Source: Methanotrichaceae archaeon (GTDB lineage: Archaea > Halobacteriota > Methanosarcinia > Methanotrichales > Methanotrichaceae). Taken from it: a stretch of DNA of 64,000 nucleotides. A model generated the notes under the pieces. It saw only the letters and a list, made by a program, of their open reading frames with translations, was not told the DNA's origin and ran no database searches. This document shows positions 20,318 to 29,420 of this stretch, one piece after another (the stretch's first letter is position 1; every line of letters starts with the position of its first letter). The stretch is taken from the NCBI GenBank assembly GCA_963813075.1, contig CAWEXU010000030.1:160001-224000 (forward strand), read 5' to 3'. A program made the position numbers and the translations under genes.

Positions 20318-21496
20318 ATGATAAGATGTCTGATCATAACTGCAACAATATTGATCCTGACTGCATGCCAGGTGCAGGCTACGGTTGAGGATCCGGGAAT
20401 GGAGTTGGGTGACATTTCAGGCACCTGGTCAGGTCCCTCTACCCCATCCATTCCAGACTACCTGCCCAGTCCCTGTTCAGGAGATTCTGGTGCTCTATCC
20501 ATAGAGGTCAGCCTCACAGGACCGGAATCCGAGAAGGATAAGTCCTATACCACCCAGGGAAAGGCACTGAACTATGTGGTCACTGTAACCAATGAGGGCT
20601 CGACGGACGCCGAGGTGGAAGTGTGCGTCAAGCCGATGGACTGCGCACTGGATTGGTTTGGCTGGACCAGGACCTCCTTGAATATCCCGGCAGGAGGGAC
20701 CCGCTCCCAGGATCTGGCTGTGAAGCCGGATGCCAATGCAATCGCAGGCAAGTACAGGTTTGCAGTCGAGGCCTCGGCAAAATGCCGCACCTCTGCCTCT
20801 AAAGATGCGTCGTTCCGGGTGCAAGCATTCGATTATGCTTCAGAGACCGCAATCAGTGGCTCAGGCCAGTTCCAGATGACCAAAGACCTCAGGTCCATGG
20901 AATCGGGGATCAAGTCCACCAAGGATGTGATATTCAGCGGCAGCGTGGATGCCCTGGTCAAGAACGAGTACATGGTGGATGAAGCAAGAGGAAAGAACGC
21001 CAACTTCGTCGAACAGGATGCTGTTGACAACTACAATGCCGTGGCCAGCGGGGACGCGCTTGTGGGAACGGAGAGCTTCAAGAGCTCGGCCATATTTGGC
21101 GGCGTCGGATCCAAGGTCCGGGAGACCTATGATCTGCAACAGATGGAGTTCAAGAGCCAGGATTTCACATTACATCAGACTGGATCGCTGAAAAAGACGG
21201 CGGAGTTCAAGACGATGGACAACTTCACCGGATATTACCTCATAGATGCCAAACAGTCGATTCCCGGCCAGAAGAGTCTGAAAGAGCTTGAAGAGTACTT
21301 CGGATCCTTTGAGATCAACAGGAGGATTCTCTTCCGCAATAACGCCGAATCTGAGCCCGCCTGCCAGGATGGCGACTGCCAGGGTATAGCTACACCCGCC
21401 AACACCTCCAGGAGCCTGCCTGCTGCCAGCCCCTGCACGAGCAACTCATGCCACAACTTCGTAAATAGATTGAATAATTTCGCTCAGAAGGCATGA
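20318..21496 (+). CDS. Secreted protein: Ig-like (NEW3/CARDB-like) domain fused to a P1-superfamily domain
   Basis: YVVTVTNEGS...LNIPAGGTRSQDLAVKPD...AGKYRFAVEA; then ETAISGSG, VGSKVRETY, EEYFGSFEINRRI; Cys-rich tail. Confidence 0.7.
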   Translation: MIRCLIITATILILTACQVQATVEDPGMELGDISGTWSGPSTPSIPDYLPSPCSGDSGALSIEVSLTGPESEKDKSYTTQGKALNYVVTVTNEGSTDAEVEVCVKPMDCALDWFGWTRTSLNIPAGGTRSQDLAVKPDANAIAGKYRFAVEASAKCRTSASKDASFRVQAFDYASETAISGSGQFQMTKDLRSMESGIKSTKDVIFSGSVDALVKNEYMVDEARGKNANFVEQDAVDNYNAVASGDALVGTESFKSSAIFGGVGSKVRETYDLQQMEFKSQDFTLHQTGSLKKTAEFKTMDNFTGYYLIDAKQSIPGQKSLKELEEYFGSFEINRRILFRNNAESEPACQDGDCQGIATPANTSRSLPAASPCTSNSCHNFVNRLNNFAQKA

Positions 21497-21638
21497 GCCT
21501 CTTTTTTCTTTTTTTCTAAAATTTGCATTTTGCGACTTGAATATTTCGGCCAAAACCTTGAAATAGACTGCAGAGAAGCTTATAACGGGTGCTAGGGTTC
21601 TTAGTAGAGCGATCTTTCCGAAAAGGAGGTAGTGTGGA

Positions 21639-22349
21639 TTGAAAAGAGAATTGATTATTTTAGCGGTCATCGCCATGGCCCTGATAGGCATGGCAGGCGC
21701 TGCCAATTACATGTACGAGAAATCGTCTGTAAAAGGAGTGGGGTACAGAAGTCTGGAGATGGTCATCTCCACCCAGCCTGGCTATGAGGGCCAGAAGCTG
21801 GTGGAGAAGCAGTCCGGCTCAGGAAATGTCATCACCTCCCGGATAGAGCTGGAGGCGGAGAGGCAGCCAGCAGACTCGGATTGCGCGTGGACGAACGGCT
21901 ATCCCATGGACTACATCAACTTCACCTCGGAGCAGGAGCTGGAGTACATGCCAGTCTCTTATCAGACCGGCACCTACGACCAGAAATGGGTGGACAAGCT
22001 GTGTGTGCAGAACTACAAGATAGGAGCGGTTATGACCGAGATGTACACTCATGCCGAGCACCTGCAGAAGACAACCGAGGTCAAAACCCGAGGCTACAAT
22101 GCCCAGACCGAGACACCCTGCTGCAATGGCGTCCTTGAGGCCAACATCAACAGCAATGTGATAGGCGTGGCCCATATCGGCTGGATCTCCAGAGATCCAC
22201 AGGGCAGCAGCGCTCTGAAGGGCAGACATGCGGAGTACGGCCGATCGGTCGAGGACCTGACTGGCGTCTTCTCCATTGAGAAGTTCATCCAGCTCTGGGG
22301 CAACTCCACCTGCGGCGCAGTCAGTGTTGATTGGCTGCCCTGCGTATAA
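21639..22349 (+). CDS. Secreted Cys-containing protein, paralogue P4 with short loops
   Basis: TTG start after AGGAGGT; same scaffold, 6 Cys, ends DWLPCV. Confidence 0.8.
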   Translation: MKRELIILAVIAMALIGMAGAANYMYEKSSVKGVGYRSLEMVISTQPGYEGQKLVEKQSGSGNVITSRIELEAERQPADSDCAWTNGYPMDYINFTSEQELEYMPVSYQTGTYDQKWVDKLCVQNYKIGAVMTEMYTHAEHLQKTTEVKTRGYNAQTETPCCNGVLEANINSNVIGVAHIGWISRDPQGSSALKGRHAEYGRSVEDLTGVFSIEKFIQLWGNSTCGAVSVDWLPCV

Positions 22350-22541
22350 AGCCCTGAATTAATAGACCATCAGGATGCGCCGAAAAAAAGCGGCGCAACT
22401 CTTTTTTTCATCAATAAGATGCAATCACCTACCATGCAAATGTAAAGCTGGCGGGGCCATTATCATTGATACAGAATTATTAACAAAAATGATTTATACT
22501 TAGTCTAGTCTTAATAACTACAGTTTATGAGAGGAATAGAT

Positions 22542-23654
22542 ATGAAATTACCACTGTTTTCCGCGCATGCCGCTCTTGGCCTGATAGTAATATTGCTACT
22601 AACATCGACATGTGGAGCGGCTGAATACCCCCTGACCATCACCGACTCTGCAGAGAGAGAGGTCACCTTCACCATGCCTGCAGAAAGGATAATCGTCCTT
22701 AACATGGATGCCGCTGAGGCGGTGTCCATGCTTGGCGCTGCGGATAAGGTGGTTGGCGTCTCGGAGCTGGTAAAGAGTAAGGGCTACTACTTCCCGGATC
22801 TCAAAGACAAGCAGAGTGTTGGGAAATGGAATGCCATTGACTATGAAATGATCGGAGAGATAGCTAGCGAAGGTAAGGATGCCATTGTGCCTGATATCGT
22901 GGTCATCGGATACAGCTATCCGGGAAAGAGCTATGGCATAACCGCGGTGGAAGAGGGCCTCAAGCCCTTCGGGAACATCAATGCCCTGGCCCTGGATTTC
23001 ACCAAGCCGGAGGATATGACCGGAGAAATTGAACTCCTCGGCCTGATACTGGGCAAAGAAGAGGAGGCTTCCGATTTCATCCGCTGGCATAACGAAAAGA
23101 TGGATTCCATAAAGGACGAAGTACAGGGGCTCAATATGCCCAGGGTCTATGTGGAGTGGAGCTCCACAGCAGAACTTGCCACTCTCGGTCCAGGCTCTGG
23201 ATTTGACCAGGTATTATCTGCGGCCAGGGGCTCGAACATCGCCAGAAGCCTGAGTGACGAGTACCCCAAGGTTGGCTGGGAATGGGTGGTCAGCGAGAAT
23301 CCAGAGACAATTATCCGAAGACAGACTCAGTCCTCCGGCCAGACCCAGATCGGCTGGCAGGCAGAACCTTCTACAGATACCGTAAAGCTTGAGTCGATCA
23401 GGAATGAACTGATGGCAAGACCAGGAGCAGAGGGAATTGATGCCGTCAAGTCCGACCGGGTGTATATCATGGACTGGGATGTGCTAAACGGCCTGGACCA
23501 GGCGGTGGGCGCGACCTACGTGGCTAAATTGCTCCATCCTGAGGTCGACTTGGATCCAGTGAAAATTCACAGAGAGTACCTGGAACGGCTGGGGCTTGAA
23601 TACCCGGATGGAAGAACACTGGTCTATCCGGAGATTGAGAACTTAGCAGGATAG
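22542..23654 (+). CDS. ABC substrate-binding protein, BtuF/FepB (cobalamin/Fe-chelate) family
   Basis: YPLTITDSAEREVT...AERIIVL, KVVGVS, VGWEWVVSENPETII, DAVKSDRVY. Confidence 0.85.
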   Translation: MKLPLFSAHAALGLIVILLLTSTCGAAEYPLTITDSAEREVTFTMPAERIIVLNMDAAEAVSMLGAADKVVGVSELVKSKGYYFPDLKDKQSVGKWNAIDYEMIGEIASEGKDAIVPDIVVIGYSYPGKSYGITAVEEGLKPFGNINALALDFTKPEDMTGEIELLGLILGKEEEASDFIRWHNEKMDSIKDEVQGLNMPRVYVEWSSTAELATLGPGSGFDQVLSAARGSNIARSLSDEYPKVGWEWVVSENPETIIRRQTQSSGQTQIGWQAEPSTDTVKLESIRNELMARPGAEGIDAVKSDRVYIMDWDVLNGLDQAVGATYVAKLLHPEVDLDPVKIHREYLERLGLEYPDGRTLVYPEIENLAG

Positions 23655-23942
23655 AAAGCAATTAGCAAGTGTCCCTTCCCAGGATGTTCTCCTGGCAGAA
23701 TTGGTGGCATATAACCATAATCAATTCTGCTCAGGCGAGCATCCGCTCATAACCAAGGTGCAAACCACGATAAGATCTGCCCGGCAGTTTTGCCCAGGAA
23801 AAAATGAGACCGACAGAATCTCTCCTTGGGCAGATATCATCATCGTCCCTAACCTCAGACCGTCTCATCTGAATGGCTATGGTTTGCTGCGGGGACCCAG
23901 GGTCGCTTCTATAAATAGAGCAGTCATCTCTTATCCGGAGGC

Positions 23943-25067
23943 ATGAGGCTATTGTCCGCACCCCAACCAGTGGAAAAGGCTTACACAGATCGGAAGGCTC
24001 AGCCCAGGGCGACCCCCGCTCTGGAGTTGAGGGCGGAGTACCAGAGGTTCATCGGCAGGAAGATGCTCTTTTTAGCCGCTCTTGTTCTGGGCATTGTCCT
24101 GCTGGCAGGCTATGCCGCCACAAGGGGTTCGGCGGATATCAGCGTCTTGAATGTTTACTCCACCATCCTGGCGAAGTTCTTTCCCCAGCATTTCCAGACC
24201 ACCTGGTTTGCGGACACCATCGTCTGGGGACTGAGGCTGCACAGAATTCTCCTGGCAATCGTGGGAGGAATCGGCCTGGCCATCGCGGGAGCGGTGATGC
24301 AGGGCATCCTCAAAAACCCCCTGGCCAGCCCCTTCACCCTGGGCATCTCCTCTGCCGCGGCATTTGGCGCGGCGATGGCCATAATCATGGGAGCGGGATT
24401 CGTGGGCGGGGAATGGCTGATCATCAGCAATGCTTTCGTATTCACCCTTCTCGCTGCGGGAGCGGTTTACGGACTGGCAAAATACAAAGGGATCACACCG
24501 GAGACCATGATCCTGGCAGGAATCGCCATATCCTACCTCTTCGGGGCCATGACCTCGTTTCTGCAGTATGTCGGCCATGCCGATCAGGTGCAGGAGGTGG
24601 TCTTCTGGTCGATGGGCTCGCTGGGCCGCTCCTCCTGGGATAAGGTCTGGATAGTGAGCGCAGTCATTGCCATCTGCTTTCCCTATCTTCTCATCAAGTC
24701 CTGGGATATCAATGCCATGGGGGCAGGGGATGAGACCGCCAAGAGCCTGGGAGTGAATGTGGAGAGGACAAGAGTGATTTCTATGATGCTGGTCTCTCTC
24801 ATAACCGCCTCGGTGATATGCTTTACCGGCACCATAGGCTTCATCGGCCTGGTCGCACCCCACATAACCCGGATGGCAATTGGAGGAGACCACAGGTTCC
24901 TCCTCCCCGCCTCCGCTCTGGTGGGGGCGCTGCTGCTCTTAGGCGCAGATACCCTGGCCAGGACCATTCTCGCTCCCGTGATTCTGCCGGTGGGGATAAT
25001 GACCGCTTTCCTCGGGGTGCCATTCTTCGTCTATCTGTTCATGCGCAGGAAGAGCGAGTTCTGGTAA
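23943..25067 (+). CDS. FecCD/BtuC family ABC permease
   Basis: GAVMQGILKNPLASPFTLGISSAA, GDETAKSLGV, GTIGFIGLVAPHI, ILPVGIMTAFLGVPFF. Confidence 0.92.
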   Translation: MRLLSAPQPVEKAYTDRKAQPRATPALELRAEYQRFIGRKMLFLAALVLGIVLLAGYAATRGSADISVLNVYSTILAKFFPQHFQTTWFADTIVWGLRLHRILLAIVGGIGLAIAGAVMQGILKNPLASPFTLGISSAAAFGAAMAIIMGAGFVGGEWLIISNAFVFTLLAAGAVYGLAKYKGITPETMILAGIAISYLFGAMTSFLQYVGHADQVQEVVFWSMGSLGRSSWDKVWIVSAVIAICFPYLLIKSWDINAMGAGDETAKSLGVNVERTRVISMMLVSLITASVICFTGTIGFIGLVAPHITRMAIGGDHRFLLPASALVGALLLLGADTLARTILAPVILPVGIMTAFLGVPFFVYLFMRRKSEFW

Positions 25068-25145
25068 GGGGGCTGCAGCGACAACCAGCTCCAATCTACT
25101 TATATCATGGATATCTAATAACAATATGGCTAATGGGTGGTAATC

Positions 25146-25463
25146 ATGAATAAAGAGGTATTCCTAAAGCAGATTGAAGGATATGTATTCCCCAAGATGT
25201 TCGACCAGGACCTCCTCGATCGCGCCGCTGAGATGTTCGGAAGGTGGGGAAAGAGCGCTCATATGGACGAGAAAGAGCACCTCTTCCAGAGCTTTGGCCT
25301 GGGCTCCCAGCCGGAGGATAGCGACGAGATCCGGGCGCAAAAAGCGGCCATAAGGCATGTATCTTCCAGGATGATGGACGCGCAGATCAACCGCAGGGAT
25401 GCTGCCGATCTCATTCGAAACTTCAACCGCCTGAAAGATCCTGGCTACAAGTGGCTGGATTGA
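25146..25463 (+). CDS. Hypothetical protein (105 aa)
   Basis: Plausible ORF with GGTGGT upstream and typical codon usage; no recognised motif. Confidence 0.6.
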   Translation: MNKEVFLKQIEGYVFPKMFDQDLLDRAAEMFGRWGKSAHMDEKEHLFQSFGLGSQPEDSDEIRAQKAAIRHVSSRMMDAQINRRDAADLIRNFNRLKDPGYKWLD

Positions 25464-25514
25464 AATACAATTGAGATTGAAAAGGCTTCCGGATAGGATA
25501 GTTCGAGTGGCTCT

Positions 25515-26351
25515 ATGAAAGGGAAGATGCCAAAAGAGTCCTTATGCCTGGACAGAGAAGAGCTGGCCTTCTGGGAGCAGCAGAAGAGGGAAGGAGACGA
25601 CTGCGACCTCAAGATAGCGCGGGATCTGCCCGATGATACTCCGGAGTTCATTTTAAGCCTGCAGAGAGAGTTCGAGGAGAAGGCAGCTTCCTTCTGCTTC
25701 TCCGGTTCGAAGGGAGTGGTCCTGGATGCAGGCTGCGGCAACGGAAACCTGCTCATAAGGGCCCTTGAGAGGGAGACGATAAGAAGCAGTGAAGCCAGGC
25801 TCATCGGCATGGACTTCTCTAATAATATGCTCGGCCGGGCCAAATTCCGGGCTTCGCACCACCCCAGGGCAGCATTTCTTCGGGGAAGCGTAACCTCACT
25901 GCCCTTTCAGGATAAGTCGTTCGACTGGATTGTAAGCAGCGGAGTTTTAACCTGCCTATCCTCAACCCGCTCTATGCAAATGGCATTGCAGGAGTTCAAC
26001 CGCGTCCTTTGCCCGGGTGGCGTCCTGGTGGTGGACTTCTTCAACCGCCTCTCCCATTACACCCTGGTGAGAAGACACCTCTTCCAGGAGAGAATAGAAC
26101 CGCCTGAGTATCTCTCTTTTTCCGAATTCAAAGATCATCTGGATAATGCCGGTTTTCGGATTGAGGAGCATCTGGGGTTTGACTACAAGCTCTGCCAGGG
26201 CTACTTATTCATGAGCCGATACAGGCCGGTGGTCGACCCAGCCTATCTGCAGGAGCGCATCTCCAGATTTTTAGAGAAAAAGGTTATCCCGGCATGCCCC
26301 TGGCTTGATCTTTTGGGATACAGGATATATTTAAGATGCAAAAAAAGATAA
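25515..26351 (+). CDS. Class I SAM-dependent methyltransferase
   Basis: VLDAGCGNG, GMDFSNNML, LPFQDKSFDWIV, RVLCPGG. Confidence 0.88.
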   Translation: MKGKMPKESLCLDREELAFWEQQKREGDDCDLKIARDLPDDTPEFILSLQREFEEKAASFCFSGSKGVVLDAGCGNGNLLIRALERETIRSSEARLIGMDFSNNMLGRAKFRASHHPRAAFLRGSVTSLPFQDKSFDWIVSSGVLTCLSSTRSMQMALQEFNRVLCPGGVLVVDFFNRLSHYTLVRRHLFQERIEPPEYLSFSEFKDHLDNAGFRIEEHLGFDYKLCQGYLFMSRYRPVVDPAYLQERISRFLEKKVIPACPWLDLLGYRIYLRCKKR

Positions 26352-26426
26352 AGCTCTCTATTATCAGAAAAATTTAACTATAATGATATGTATAAAGGAC
26401 TGAGAGCATAACAGGGGGATTTAAAC

Positions 26427-27269
26427 GTGAATTATGCGAAGGAGAGGAATTACCGTAAGGTTTTTCTTATATCGGCTTTGCTGATAGCATTAATTTTCAG
26501 CTCAGCTCAGGCTATAACCACCAGAGACCTGATATTTGCCAGGAGCCCGGAGACCTCACAGCCTATCACAACTGCGGTAGCAGACGCCATGAACCAGGCA
26601 CCAGTGGTCAAAGGCCTGACTCCAGATCAGGAAGCTCCACAGACTGCAGGCTCAACAGTGGTCTGGACTGGGGACGCATTTGATTCAGAGGGCGATGAGC
26701 TGCTCTATCAGTTCTGGCTGAACGGGCCGATGACTGGAAACACCTGGATGCCTATGACCACCTGGAGCAAGAACAATACCTGGGTCTGGGCTACAAGCAC
26801 AGCGGACATTGGAGTTAATGTAATCGATATGCGAATCAGAGATGGGCGACATGAACCCCCCTGGGGACATGACAGCCATCTGGGCGCTGAATACGCCATA
26901 AGCGAGAATGCAGGCATTGCCGGCAGCTCGAAATCCAACTCCAAACCAACTCTGGTCAGCATGAAATCAGATAAACAGAGCCCGCAGGATAAGGGTGTGA
27001 CAGTAACCTGGACGGCAAAGGCGACAGACAGGGACAGGGATACGGTCCTATACCGCTATGTCCTCAAAGGGCCATCTACAGAAGAGCAGTGGGAGCCCAT
27101 GACCGACTGGACTACAAACGATGTCTGGACCTGGGAAACGAGCAAGGCAAAGGCCGGCATATACATGATCGAGGTATGGATAAGAGACGGATACCATGCC
27201 GACACCGACAACTGGGACGACTCCAAGAGGACGCCATTTGTCCTGATGCAGAAGGGAATAATCAAGTAA
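26427..27269 (+). CDS. Secreted protein with two Ig-like (Y_Y_Y/PKD-like) repeats
   Basis: Signal peptide; two ~100-aa repeats: P..PQ..G..V.WT..A.D...D..LY...L.GP.T...W.PMT.W.....W.W.TS. Confidence 0.7.
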   Translation: MNYAKERNYRKVFLISALLIALIFSSAQAITTRDLIFARSPETSQPITTAVADAMNQAPVVKGLTPDQEAPQTAGSTVVWTGDAFDSEGDELLYQFWLNGPMTGNTWMPMTTWSKNNTWVWATSTADIGVNVIDMRIRDGRHEPPWGHDSHLGAEYAISENAGIAGSSKSNSKPTLVSMKSDKQSPQDKGVTVTWTAKATDRDRDTVLYRYVLKGPSTEEQWEPMTDWTTNDVWTWETSKAKAGIYMIEVWIRDGYHADTDNWDDSKRTPFVLMQKGIIK

Positions 27270-27384
27270 ATAAGGGAAATATAATCTGAACGGCCTGCAG
27301 ATCCGGTCTATATGACCTGTCTGCATGCCTATTCTTTTTCTCTGGACGGATATGATTAGGGAGATGAATTGGATGGAAGACGCC

Positions 27385-28065
27385 ATGAGGTCGAAAGAAT
27401 CGGATTTGGGGAATGCGGTCGTCTCCTGGACGGGAGGAAAGGATGGGTGCTACTCCTGCTATAAAGCGATGCAGGAAGGATGGCGGATCACTTATCTTCT
27501 CAACTTCAGGAACATATCAAAGATCGGATCGCATGATATCAATCCGGACCTGATCAGGGCGCAATCGGAGGCAATTGGAATTCCCCTTATCCAGAAGGAC
27601 TTCACCTCTTATGAACAGGAGTTCAAGAGGGCGGTTCTGGAGCTTCGAGCCCGAGGGGAAAAGGTCGATGGCGCAGTCTTTGGGCACATCCAGACCCATA
27701 AGAATCTGGTGGACAGGATCTGCATGGATCTGAATCTTATGCTTCTCTTGCCCCTCTGGAAAGGGGATTCCAGCAATATCCTAAAGGAGATCATAGATTC
27801 AGGATTTGAGGTACTTGTGGTCAGTGCCAAAGATGGACTGCTGGGCAAAGAGTGGCTGGGCAGAAAAATTGACCGCGGATTCCTGCAGGATTTAAGGGAC
27901 GGGGATGGATCCATAGATCCGTGCGGCGAGAACGGGGAGTTTCATACCATTGTCACCGACGGCCCGATATTCAAGAAAAAGATAGTAATATCGAAAACCG
28001 ATCCCGTATTGAGGGAAGGCTATTGGTTTCTTAATATAACCGATTTTTCTCTCCAGGAAAAGTAG
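27385..28065 (+). CDS. Diphthine--ammonia ligase (Dph6)/PP-loop ATP-binding family protein
   Basis: SWTGGKDG, AVFGHI, LPLW, DPCGENGEFHT.V.DGPIF; start codon uncertain. Confidence 0.85.
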   Translation: MRSKESDLGNAVVSWTGGKDGCYSCYKAMQEGWRITYLLNFRNISKIGSHDINPDLIRAQSEAIGIPLIQKDFTSYEQEFKRAVLELRARGEKVDGAVFGHIQTHKNLVDRICMDLNLMLLLPLWKGDSSNILKEIIDSGFEVLVVSAKDGLLGKEWLGRKIDRGFLQDLRDGDGSIDPCGENGEFHTIVTDGPIFKKKIVISKTDPVLREGYWFLNITDFSLQEK

Positions 28066-28375
28066 AGGGCCTCCGCCGGTGAGCCAGTAAATAATAAAAC
28101 TAAAGTCTAATTTATATCGACTCCGTGCGGGATTTTTCGTAAATTTATTTGACGGTATTTCTCTCTTCGAGTACAGTTTTGAGCGAGATATGGAGTAATG
28201 CAGTATATTCTTCTATATAGAGCAAGATTAGCAATAGCAAAATATTTTTATCACTTGTACACAACCACTATTACATGCCTGGATTTATTCACACAAAAAA
28301 AAGGCTAAATATGAATAGACATGATTACATTCGCTAATATAGGCGAATAACGGAGGGATTTATACGAGAAAAGTA

Positions 28376-29323
28376 TTGGTTAAGATAGGGTTAGTGCTAA
28401 TTTTTTTACTACTGATCGCCGGCATTTCCGGGGCGGGAAAATATGATATGAATCCGGGAAGGGAAGCGATCAAGTACAAGCATGAGATGACCGACGATGT
28501 CACAGGGCAGGGTTTTGCTGTGGAATACAAAAGCGTAAACACGAATAACCTTTCCCTGCTGGAGTACTACCACGGCAGCGGAAATGTGGACATGGCCGAT
28601 ATACTGAACTCCGAGCAAAAGACAACTGACAGCTCCTGCTATTATTACCTGGATTACGATGGCACAATGAAGAAAGCCTCAAAAGGGGCCAATAGCATTG
28701 TCACCTACACCAGGCAGTATGATAATATCCAGTCACCCACCGCATTTGCCTATGGCACCGGCTGGTATGCCAATCATCCCATTGAGTACAACTCTCTTAT
28801 CAAGGATAAGACCGAGGCCAAGAGCTATCAGGAGTCGGCATCAATGCACCGCCAGGTGGAGTATGCCCATGCTCTGAAAGGGGACATCGCTGTAGAGATC
28901 AACTGCACCGGACCCACAGACAAAGCAGATGGCAAGGGCATTTTAAGCATGAAGATCGATGATGATATGACTCAGGGTACCCTGCACATCGGCGAATTGC
29001 TGTTGAGCCCCAAGGAAAAGAGCCAGCCGAAGACGTTTGACCCCATAATCGAGGTGGACAACGACTACATCGGCGACTTCCAGGTGCAAAAGACGATGAA
29101 ACTGGAGATAACCAAGAGCAAAGAGAGCTCTCAGGTGGACTGGCTCCCCTGCTGCTCAGGCGGATTCTTCGACCTTCCCTCCTATGACTTCGATAAACAG
29201 TACGCTGGCTGGAAGGGAATCTTCGACTGCACCTGCCGGGAGAAATCCATCTCCTCCATGAAGCCGGAGTGGAACACCACTCGCGCTCAGTTCCCGACAG
29301 AAGAGTACCGGTACAAGCCCTGA
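28376..29323 (+). CDS. Secreted protein, distant member of the P1 superfamily
   Basis: Signal peptide; DDVTGQG, EYYHGSG, LHIG, DNDYIGDFQVQKTM, DWLPCC...IFDCTC. Confidence 0.72.
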   Translation: MVKIGLVLIFLLLIAGISGAGKYDMNPGREAIKYKHEMTDDVTGQGFAVEYKSVNTNNLSLLEYYHGSGNVDMADILNSEQKTTDSSCYYYLDYDGTMKKASKGANSIVTYTRQYDNIQSPTAFAYGTGWYANHPIEYNSLIKDKTEAKSYQESASMHRQVEYAHALKGDIAVEINCTGPTDKADGKGILSMKIDDDMTQGTLHIGELLLSPKEKSQPKTFDPIIEVDNDYIGDFQVQKTMKLEITKSKESSQVDWLPCCSGGFFDLPSYDFDKQYAGWKGIFDCTCREKSISSMKPEWNTTRAQFPTEEYRYKP

Positions 29324-29420
29324 TGAAGGATTTATCTTTTTAGTTTAGATGAGGTCGATGTGGGAAAGCTGCCGGAGCGGGACAAGAGCGGCTTGTCGCC
29401 CTCATCTGCCCTCAACCCTG

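Noticed and set aside
16277..22349. Diversity-generating retroelement behind the variable loops
   Set aside because: There is no reverse transcriptase or non-coding template repeat in the window, and the variation includes length changes rather than adenine-specific substitutions.
15585..22349. Integrative element inserted at the tRNA genes
   Set aside because: No integrase and no duplicated tRNA 3' end were seen, and the paralogues have host-like, highly adapted codon usage.
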